From: an uncultured virus (IMG/VR IMGVR_UViG_3300024505_000605)
Taxonomy: Duplodnaviria > Heunggongvirae > Uroviricota > Caudoviricetes
Length of the DNA stretch: 20,000 nt
Reading direction: 5' to 3' (one strand)
IMG/VR virus record: IMGVR_UViG_3300024505_000605
In this document: in pieces, positions 1-6,278 of the stretch
Layout of the letters: every line of letters begins with the position of its first letter
Numbering within the stretch: position 1 is the stretch's first letter
Notes under the pieces: model-generated
The model's database searches: none
What the model saw: only the letters and a program-made list of their open reading frames with translations
Told to the model about the DNA's origin: nothing
Translations under genes and position numbers: made by a program

Positions 1-243
1 TCTGAACTTTCCTCCGCCGCGCAGGCGGTGATTACTGCCAGCAACTGTGCTGGGTCTCGAATCGTGCAGTTGCACATTGCCGCCGCCCTGCGAGCTGCTG
101 CGGATCAGGTGGCGCCTCTGCAGCTCCCACCCGAAGGCGCTGTTGATGCCAAGCACCCAACAGTTGAATGGCACGTCTGGAACGCTGAGCAGCAAGCTCG
201 ATTCGCCCTCTTGGCTATTGCCACCGAACTAGAAGCCCAGTAG
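1..243 (+). CDS. Small hypothetical phage protein, 5'-truncated by the window edge
   Basis: Frame 1 is open from base 1 (SELSSAAQAVITAS...AAALRAAADQVAP...LLAIATELEAQ) to TAG at 241-243. The real start is probably upstream of the window rather than the GTG at 28. Confidence 0.6.
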   Translation, partial: SELSSAAQAVITASNCAGSRIVQLHIAAALRAAADQVAPLQLPPEGAVDAKHPTVEWHVWNAEQQARFALLAIATELEAQ

Positions 244-306
244 TCAGACCCACTAACCTGATCCTGTTCCCGCTCTGCCTCGGCATCGGGCTGCCACATC
301 CGACTC

Positions 307-498
307 ATGGCCAAGCACCTCTGGCACGATCTTCAAGGCGCCTTTGACTCCGCCGTTGATTCCGACGGTGATTACGAATTCAGCCTTGCCGCCGCTGCCA
401 TGCTCACCGCTGTTCAGCAGTGGCTATATGACGAAGGCTTTGACGAAGCTGGCGACGCCCTAGACGAAGAAATTCAAACCGCCGAAGCCCACGGTTAA
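307..498 (+). CDS. Small acidic hypothetical protein (63 aa)
   Basis: ATG start, coherent codon usage like neighbouring genes, fills the gap before the portal. Confidence 0.6.
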   Translation: MAKHLWHDLQGAFDSAVDSDGDYEFSLAAAAMLTAVQQWLYDEGFDEAGDALDEEIQTAEAHG

Positions 499-507
499 AT
501 TCAATCT

Positions 508-566
508 GCTGGGTCGGTTCTGACCGTAAGGCTGAACGCCGTGTGTGGCGGTATCGGAGGCCCAGC
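508..566 (+). other. Candidate structured intergenic RNA element (three-stem junction)
   Basis: GCTGGGTC(508-515) pairs with GGCCCAGC(559-566). It encloses a GTTC..CC-GTAA-GG..GAAC stem with a GNRA loop and a GCCG-TGTG-TGGC hairpin. Family not recognised. Confidence 0.4.
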
Positions 567-592
567 CATCATTCACGATTAACCTATACCCA

Positions 593-598
593 TAGACT
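593..598 (+). promoter_or_regulatory. Candidate -10 element TAGACT upstream of portal
   Basis: TAnAnT hexamer 23 nt upstream of the portal ATG. Similar hexamers recur before other structural genes. Confidence 0.4.
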
Positions 599-621
599 TT
601 GTGCATGGCTAGGCGCAAAAG

Positions 622-2121
622 ATGACGTACACCGGTTTCAGGCACTACGACCGGAATCTGACGCGCACGGCCACGCAGGTTCAAGATCCCAACGCAGCTT
701 GGCAGGCACAAGAGGCCCATTGGATCCTGATCGAAGATCTCTTGCAGGGCACCTATGGAATGCGCCGTAAACACCGGCGTTACCTGCCGCAGGAACCACG
801 CGAGCAAGACGACAGCTACGACAACCGCCTAGCGCGTTCTGTTTGTCCGCCGTACTACCAGCGGCTTGAACGCATGTTGGCGGGCATGTTGACCCGTAAG
901 CCTGTGCGTCTTGACGACGTGCCCGATGTTATTCGTGAGCAACTATTTGACGTAGACCTTCAGGGCAATGACCTGAACATTTACGTCTACGAATTAGCGC
1001 GAAAAATTATTCGGTACGGCCACGCTGGTGTTCTTGTTGATTTCCCTAGCCAAGACGACAGCGAGCTGCAAAACATCACCGACGTCTCTGCATTGCGTCC
1101 TTATTGGGTTACCTATACGCCGCGTGACATTCTTGGTTGGCGTTCGGAGGTGGTAAACGGCGCACAACAACTCACTCAACTGCGTCTGATGGAGCGCGTA
1201 ACCATCGCTGACGGTGAATACGGCGAAAAGGTTGTTGAACAGGTGCGTGTACTGAAGCCAGGCTCTTATGCATTGTTCCGTCAAGATGACACACGCGGAA
1301 GCTTTGAAAAAGTGGCTGAAGGCACCACCAGCCTTGATTACATTCCGTTCGCCACTGCCTACTCAAACCGCGTTGGCCTGTTGGAATCACGCCCGCCGCT
1401 GGAAGACATTGCTGAACTGAACCTCAAGACCTACCAAATCCAGAGCGATCTGGACAACATGTTGCACATCTCGGCAGTGCCGATGCTGGCATTCTTCGGC
1501 TTCCCGTCCAGTGCTGAGGAAGTAAGCGCCGGTCCTGGTGAGGCCATCGCCTTCCCGTCTGAAGGCCGTGCCGAATACATCGAACCCAGCGGCAACAGCT
1601 TCAAGTCGCAGTTTGATCGTCTTGCTCAACTGGCAGCGCAGATCAATGAACTTGGCCTGTCCGCCATCCTTGGCCAAAAGCTAAGTGCCGAAACTGCCGA
1701 GGCAAAGCGCATTGATCGGAGCCAAGGCGATTCCACCATGATGGTGATTGCACAGCAGGTGCAAGATCTAATTGATAACTGCCTGCGCTATCACGCTGAC
1801 TACCTGGGCCAAGCGCAATCCGGCAGCAGCTATGTCAACCGTGACTTTATCGGTGCACGTCTTGAACCTGCCGAAATCACCGCGTTGCTGCAGACTTACA
1901 CCGCCGGCGTGATCAGTCAGAAAACCTTGCTTGATCAGCTCGCTCAAGGTGAAGTGCTGGGCGATGACTTCGATGTTGAGGAAGAACTAGAAGCCACGCA
2001 ATCTGGTGGATTGATTGAGCTTGGCGGCCCTGAAAACCTTGGCTCTGAAGACGTGATGGGCGAAGAAATGCCCAACGATCAGAGCTATGAAGATCAAAGT
2101 TCTAACGATCAAATGCAATGA
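622..2121 (+). CDS. Portal protein (SPP1-like / DUF4055-type)
   Basis: 499 aa with motifs YLPQEPRE..Y..RL.R, DVDLQGNDL, YGHAGVLVD, PPLEDIAELNL..YQ..SD and ETAEAKRID. Lies directly upstream of a gp7/MuF gene. Confidence 0.9.
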   Translation: MTYTGFRHYDRNLTRTATQVQDPNAAWQAQEAHWILIEDLLQGTYGMRRKHRRYLPQEPREQDDSYDNRLARSVCPPYYQRLERMLAGMLTRKPVRLDDVPDVIREQLFDVDLQGNDLNIYVYELARKIIRYGHAGVLVDFPSQDDSELQNITDVSALRPYWVTYTPRDILGWRSEVVNGAQQLTQLRLMERVTIADGEYGEKVVEQVRVLKPGSYALFRQDDTRGSFEKVAEGTTSLDYIPFATAYSNRVGLLESRPPLEDIAELNLKTYQIQSDLDNMLHISAVPMLAFFGFPSSAEEVSAGPGEAIAFPSEGRAEYIEPSGNSFKSQFDRLAQLAAQINELGLSAILGQKLSAETAEAKRIDRSQGDSTMMVIAQQVQDLIDNCLRYHADYLGQAQSGSSYVNRDFIGARLEPAEITALLQTYTAGVISQKTLLDQLAQGEVLGDDFDVEEELEATQSGGLIELGGPENLGSEDVMGEEMPNDQSYEDQSSNDQMQ

Positions 2122-4241
2122 CGCAATCGGGCGTTACACCTCGCCTGCTCAACGTTGAGCAATTCAAGCGGAAGATTGACCGCAGCAATCCTGTTGCCAA
2201 CATCTACCGAAACGCCATTGATCTGAACCGCTTCAGCAATGCTGTCGCCCGTCAGATTGTGCGGGATTACAACGCCATCATCCTGAGCGCCGTTGACGAT
2301 CTAAAGCGCATTGATTTTGGCGAAGCCACAGCAGGCGCAGGCATTGTCAGCCCGTCATCGGTGCAGGCGCAGCGTCTACGTGTGATCCTTGCTCAGCTCA
2401 AGCAATCACTAGATGGCTGGGCAGATCGCAGCACGGCTTATGCCTCTCGTGAATTACAAGGTTTGGCTGAGCTGCAAACAGAATTTGTCACCGAACAGCT
2501 TCGCCTTGCTGTAGCCGGTGGCGAGGTTGGTGGCCGTGGCATTGAGCCCAGCGTCGTAGCTCAGCAGGCAGTTAATACCGTTGAGGTTGCGCCGAACTTT
2601 GCGGCCAGTGTCGCCAGCGTTGACCCCACGGATTTGAACTTCACGCTCCCAGGTACGGGGCAGTTCAATCTGACTGCAGCGCAGGGTTCAGCTATCACAT
2701 TGCCCAATGGCGAGGTGGTGCAAAAAGCGTTTCGTGGATTGGCCGAGTCGCAAGCGCAGCGGTTCAACACCATCGTGCGCACCGGAATCTTGTCAGGTGA
2801 ACCGACACCGCAGATCGCTCGGCGCATGGTTGGGAGCCTTGAATTTGGCCAGCTCGCCAAGACTGCACGGCAACAGGCATTAGCCGGTGGTGAGCTTACC
2901 CGCATGGCTGATCATCAGGTATTGACCGTTGTGCGTACAAGCGTGCAACAAGTGGCGAATGAAGCCAGCCAACAGGTCTACCGCGCCAATGAGGAAGTCA
3001 CCAAGAAATACCGCTACCTCGCCACGTTGGATAGCCGCACCTCAGCGATTTGCCGCAGCCTTGACGGCAAGGAATTCAAATACGGTGAAGGCCCGATGCC
3101 TCCCGTTCACTTCAACTGCTTACCGGGTGAAGCGCGTGTATCGGCCAGTAGTCAAATCGCGGCGGTTTACCGTCGGCCATATCAAGGCTTTTTGTGTGTC
3201 ATCAGCACCACCGATGGTGACGTGCTCAGAGTCACCCCAAACCACCCTGTATTGACGAATGTCGGCTGGAAGACTGCGCAAAGCGTGCAAATTGGTGATC
3301 AGGTTTTCCGCAGCAGTGCTGTTCCATTGGAAGCTTTTGCAGGCGACCAAAAAAACGACGCTGTAACCACTGCCGAGGATGTATTTAGTGCGTTCGGAAA
3401 ATCGCCTTCTGTGTTCTCCGTAGAAGTGCCAATTTCCGCCCCAGATTTCCACGGCGATGTTGCCGCAGAGGATGTCGCAGTTGTACTTGCCAATCGGGAA
3501 TTGTTGCTCGCAGTGAATCCCGAACTTTTCAAGATGCTGCGCAACATCAGCCTCCAAGGGTCCGACTCTACGGGCTCTGGCGTTGGCCATTTTGCGCAAA
3601 GTTTCCTCGCTGTTGGTGGTTCCGCGTTTAGCGACGTGAGCGGCGGAAGCCAAAGCCTTTCTTTCAGCGGGGGTGGCTCTGGCCATGCGAGCGAATTGCT
3701 GTTCGCTTCTATTTCTGAGGGTGCGGCCAGAACTCAGGATGATGCGCTCTATGGGACGTGGCGAGACGTTGAACTGCTGAGCGATTCCACGGATCCCGAT
3801 TCCGTCGTCGTAAAGGGCAATGATGCGGTGAAGGTCGTCGGGATTGGACGGGAGCCATTTAGCGGGCATGTCTACAACTTCGAGACCGAAAGCGGCCTGT
3901 ACTGGGCTGACTCCATTTTAACCCACAACTGCCGTAGCACCACAATTCCGGTCATTGATTACCGCGCCCTTGGCTTGCGGTCACCCGAGGATGTGATTGG
4001 CGAAGCAAAGCGCGCCGCACAAGGCGGTGAGGTTTCCGCAGATACAAACTACGGGCAATGGCTACAGCGTCAGCCCAAGGAATATCAAGCCGAAGTGCTC
4101 GGCAAGTCGCGTCTGCCGTACTTTGAAAAACTCAGCAAAGAACTAGGTCCGCAGCAGGCACTTGCTCGTTTTGTGCGTGAAGACGGCAGCGAAGTTAGCC
4201 TGAAACAGTTGCAGCAAAGATATGGCAAACCCGACGCTTAA
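2118..4241 (+). CDS. Head morphogenesis protein (SPP1 gp7 / MuF-like) precursor containing an intein; 436 aa after splicing
   Basis: Motifs VRTSVQQVAN and YLATLDSRTSAICRSLDGK. The signature PPVHFN-CRST is split by a 271-aa insertion. C-terminal YGQWLQRQP...VLGK. ATGA overlap with the portal stop. Confidence 0.92.
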   Translation: MTQSGVTPRLLNVEQFKRKIDRSNPVANIYRNAIDLNRFSNAVARQIVRDYNAIILSAVDDLKRIDFGEATAGAGIVSPSSVQAQRLRVILAQLKQSLDGWADRSTAYASRELQGLAELQTEFVTEQLRLAVAGGEVGGRGIEPSVVAQQAVNTVEVAPNFAASVASVDPTDLNFTLPGTGQFNLTAAQGSAITLPNGEVVQKAFRGLAESQAQRFNTIVRTGILSGEPTPQIARRMVGSLEFGQLAKTARQQALAGGELTRMADHQVLTVVRTSVQQVANEASQQVYRANEEVTKKYRYLATLDSRTSAICRSLDGKEFKYGEGPMPPVHFNCLPGEARVSASSQIAAVYRRPYQGFLCVISTTDGDVLRVTPNHPVLTNVGWKTAQSVQIGDQVFRSSAVPLEAFAGDQKNDAVTTAEDVFSAFGKSPSVFSVEVPISAPDFHGDVAAEDVAVVLANRELLLAVNPELFKMLRNISLQGSDSTGSGVGHFAQSFLAVGGSAFSDVSGGSQSLSFSGGGSGHASELLFASISEGAARTQDDALYGTWRDVELLSDSTDPDSVVVKGNDAVKVVGIGREPFSGHVYNFETESGLYWADSILTHNCRSTTIPVIDYRALGLRSPEDVIGEAKRAAQGGEVSADTNYGQWLQRQPKEYQAEVLGKSRLPYFEKLSKELGPQQALARFVREDGSEVSLKQLQQRYGKPDA
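3120..3869 (-). CDS. Putative homing endonuclease (HTH + NUMOD3-like + Vsr/DUF559-like nuclease) encoded antisense within the intein
   Basis: 249 aa with ATG start. HTH: RIIALYDDGIGIRGIAQQFNVSPRPIERII. NUMOD3-like: KRGTTNSEETLRKMANAR. Nuclease-like core: LEADVAQHLEKFGI.CEQQFPIGKYNCDI....IAVEIWGGNWH...GYSVVFL. Confidence 0.85.
   Translation of the reverse strand: MPAKWLPSNPDDLHRIIALYDDGIGIRGIAQQFNVSPRPIERIILSSGRTLRNRSEQQFARMARATPAERKALASAAHVAKRGTTNSEETLRKMANARARRVGPLEADVAQHLEKFGIHCEQQFPIGKYNCDILCGNIAVEIWGGNWHFYGEHRRRFSERTKYILGSGYSVVFLVACKSFQWNSTAAENLITNLHALRSLPADIRQYRVVWGDSEHVTIGGADDTQKALIWPTVNRRDLTTGRYTRFTR
3915..3920 (-). promoter_or_regulatory. Candidate -10 element (TAAAAT) for the antisense endonuclease gene
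   Basis: Reverse complement of ATTTTA (Ile-Leu codons of the intein's SILTHN) is a 5/6 match to TATAAT, 45 nt upstream of the antisense ATG. No good -35 at 17-nt spacing. Confidence 0.5.
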
Positions 4242-4503
4242 ATGTTTTGTTGACGGTTATTTAAGGAGTGACTGCGTTTTAGCTCTTATTGGTGAGGCTT
4301 GGGTTGAAGCCATCTACACCAACCACGGCTGGTTCACTTCCGATCTAACTACTAAATTGGATGCAGTCACAGAATGGCGTGATGGCCAAGAAACCGACCA
4401 AAGCCGAGAAGAAAATCGGCAAGGTGATGAGCGAGTACAAGGCCGGAACGCTGAAAAGTGGCAAGCCAGGCCCCGGCAAAGGCCCAACCGTCAAAAGCCG
4501 TAA
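4222..4503 (+). CDS. Hypothetical protein; 3' part overlaps the next gene
   Basis: ATG overlapping the end of the gp7 gene. The N-terminal ~53 aa are protein-like (ALIGEAWVEAIYTNHGWFT), and the tail runs out of frame through the next gene. Confidence 0.5.
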   Translation: MANPTLKCFVDGYLRSDCVLALIGEAWVEAIYTNHGWFTSDLTTKLDAVTEWRDGQETDQSREENRQGDERVQGRNAEKWQARPRQRPNRQKP

Positions 4504-4567
4504 ACAGGCCATCGCCATCGCTCTGTCTGAAGCCGGCAAGGCCCGTAAGCCCAAAGGCAAGAAGTGA
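4382..4567 (+). CDS. Small basic protein, DUF6496-like
   Basis: KIGKVMSEYKAGTLKSG...VKSRKQAIAIALSEAG motif recalled for this family. ATG at 4382. Confidence 0.8.
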   Translation: MAKKPTKAEKKIGKVMSEYKAGTLKSGKPGPGKGPTVKSRKQAIAIALSEAGKARKPKGKK

Positions 4568-4797
4568 TGGCTATCGGCATCGGCTCCCGCGTCAGCTGGA
4601 CCTATCAAGGCAAGACCACCTACGGCACTGTGACCGGCAAGGCTGGCAATCGCGCCACCATTGAAGGTCCAACCGGCGGCAAGGTCACCCGCGTCGGCAC
4701 AGAAGCTGACCCGGTATTGCGCATTCAATCTGAATCGACTGGCAACCCAGTTCTGAAAAAGCGATCAGAATTGAAGGAAGCCACGAAGCGCAAATGA
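4567..4797 (+). CDS. DUF2945 / Tudor-like small protein
   Basis: IGSRVSW......GTV...KVTR.GTEADP...I.S..TG..VLKKRSEL pattern. TGATG coupling with the preceding gene. Confidence 0.7.
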   Translation: MAIGIGSRVSWTYQGKTTYGTVTGKAGNRATIEGPTGGKVTRVGTEADPVLRIQSESTGNPVLKKRSELKEATKRK

Positions 4798-4985
4798 AAG
4801 GCAAGATCTGGGAAGGAAGCTGCACTTACCTCAAGTGTGCCGATGGCCTGATTGAGGGTCGGTTTCTTTTCCCAGTGCCGAATTCACCTGAGGGTCTTGG
4901 TGCATTGATGGGCCGTTTAGCCGAAGGTGTTGAGGTTATTACCTGCACTGAAAACGACGACGATGAGGAGGAAGACGATGATTGA
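4794..4985 (+). CDS. Hypothetical protein with acidic C-terminus
   Basis: ATGA coupling with the preceding gene. 63 aa ending ENDDDEEEDDD. Confidence 0.6.
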   Translation: MKGKIWEGSCTYLKCADGLIEGRFLFPVPNSPEGLGALMGRLAEGVEVITCTENDDDEEEDDD

Positions 4986-5250
4986 GTACCGGGGCGAAAA
5001 GTTTGAGGGCTACAACAAGCCCAAGCGCACGCCAAACCATCCGACCAAATCACACGTTGTCCTAGCGAAGGAAGGCGACAAGGTGAAAATGATCAGGTTC
5101 GGTCAGCAGGGCGTGTCAGGCTCACCGCCACGAAAAGGAGAATCGGCACAAGCGCAAACAAGAAGATCATCGTTTAAGGCACGCCATGCGGCCAATATCG
5201 CCAAGGGCAAAATGTCAGCGGCGTGGTGGTCAAGCAACACAAAATGGTGA
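4978..5250 (+). CDS. Conserved basic phage protein of unknown function
   Basis: GYNKPKRTP.HPTKSHVVLAK.GD.VK.IRFGQQG...RRSSFKARH.......KMSAAWWS...KW, a pattern I recognise from phage hypothetical proteins. ATG at 4978 preferred over TTG at 4927. Confidence 0.8.
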   Translation: MIEYRGEKFEGYNKPKRTPNHPTKSHVVLAKEGDKVKMIRFGQQGVSGSPPRKGESAQAQTRRSSFKARHAANIAKGKMSAAWWSSNTKW

Positions 5251-5251
5251 G

Positions 5252-5446
5252 CTACTGACGTTCCGCCGCGTGGATTCGGTCTTTTAGCTCTGCCACGTAC
5301 TTACGCAACGCGTTGGCATTTTCAGCGTGCCATCTGTCGCCAGTCTTCAAGTAAGCCTGCGTGTGCAGGTCAATCGCCTTCAACATCTGGTGAATCACGG
5401 GGTTCCACGGCTCACGAATTGGCGTATCCCACTCACGCCGGGACAT
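5252..5446 (-). CDS. Hypothetical helical protein on the minus strand (64 aa)
   Basis: MSRREWDTPIREPWNPVIHQMLKAIDLH... Fills exactly the gap between the 4978-5250 gene and the scaffold leader, with no competing + ORF. Confidence 0.7.
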   Translation of the reverse strand: MSRREWDTPIREPWNPVIHQMLKAIDLHTQAYLKTGDRWHAENANALRKYVAELKDRIHAAERQ

Positions 5447-5481
5447 GACGTGCAAAAAGCATCTTTTACTTATACAGTTTG

Positions 5482-5502
5482 GTGGTAAACCCTACGGGTC
5501 AC
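5482..5502 (+). promoter_or_regulatory. TAC-loop hairpin immediately before the scaffold start codon
   Basis: GTG-GTAA-ACCC-TAC-GGGT-CAC, ending 1 nt before the ATG at 5504. Confidence 0.5.
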
Positions 5503-5503
5503 A

Positions 5504-6199
5504 ATGTCTGACGAACAACTGCAGGAAGCTACGCAGACTGCAAGCAACGACGAACTGGAAAAGCTCAAGCGAAGCATTGAAGGTTTAGAACGCAAAAACT
5601 TTGAGCTGATCGGCAAGCTTAAGGAGCAGAAAGAAAAGGCACCAGCACTTCCTGACGGCATTGATGTTCAGGAGTTGTTGGAATTCAAGCGCAAGAAAGA
5701 ACAAGAAGAGCTTGAGTCAAAGGGCAAGTACGAAGAGGCCCTCAAGCAATACGCTCAGCAGTTTCAAGAACGGGAAGATGGCTACAAAAAGCGCATCGCT
5801 GAACTTGAATCAAAGCTGACCTTTAATCAACTGGACAACCGCGTGGTGGCAATCCTCGCTGAGCAGGGTGCCCACAATCCACACGATGCACTACGCCTTG
5901 TGCGTGATCAGCTCAAGCTTGACGAAAACGGTAACCCCGTGGCTGTTGACGGCTACAACGAGGTTCCCATGGATCAGTGGGTAGAACGTCTGAAGGCTGA
6001 ACGCGGCTATCTGTTCAAGGCGCCTACGGTCAAAGGTTCCGGCGCACCTGTCGGCGCTCGTGCAAGCTCTGGCGAAGTGCCGGCCGGCACCAAAAACCCG
6101 TTCACCCGTGAATACTTCAACCTCACAGAGCAGTCACGGCTGTATCGCACTGACCGTGATTTGTACGAACGGTTGAAGGCTGCAGCAAACAATGCTTAA
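5504..6199 (+). CDS. Capsid scaffolding protein
   Basis: 231 aa, E/K-rich coiled coil, YLFK....GSGA motif and C-terminal KNPF...NLTEQ..L. Immediately upstream of the major capsid gene. Confidence 0.85.
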   Translation: MSDEQLQEATQTASNDELEKLKRSIEGLERKNFELIGKLKEQKEKAPALPDGIDVQELLEFKRKKEQEELESKGKYEEALKQYAQQFQEREDGYKKRIAELESKLTFNQLDNRVVAILAEQGAHNPHDALRLVRDQLKLDENGNPVAVDGYNEVPMDQWVERLKAERGYLFKAPTVKGSGAPVGARASSGEVPAGTKNPFTREYFNLTEQSRLYRTDRDLYERLKAAANNA

Positions 6200-6212
6200 T
6201 ATGTAACCGTTA

Positions 6213-6252
6213 GACGTGAATGGCTACGCCGTCCGTCATTGGGTTACGCCCG
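6213..6252 (+). promoter_or_regulatory. Tandem TAC-loop hairpins in the major capsid leader
   Basis: GACG-TGA-ATGGC-TAC-GCCGT-C-CGTC (6213-6237) and GGGT-TAC-GCCC (6241-6251). Confidence 0.5.
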
Positions 6253-6278
6253 CACCGTAAACATTTCTGGTACTAACA

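Larger units (their letters stand above)
3117..3929 (+). mobile_element. Intein (271 aa, precursor residues 334-604)
   Basis: Block A CLPGEARV, block B LRVTPNHPVLT (TxxH), GW..A..VQIGDQV, block F VYNFET, terminal THN followed by +1 Cys. Removing it restores PPVHFNCRSTT. Confidence 0.95.

Noticed and set aside
477..537. Superficial pistol-ribozyme-like layout (AACCG..CGGTT stem, AAA linker, possible CCCA/TGGG pseudoknot)
   Set aside because: Lacks the conserved GCG and G-U cleavage-site context, overlaps a coding end, and the alternative 508-566 fold is stronger.
2561..3547. Other overlapping ORFs in the gp7 gene (2561-2905 -, 2929-3255 +, 3299-3547 -)
   Set aside because: No recognisable motifs, and their composition is typical of off-frame translation.
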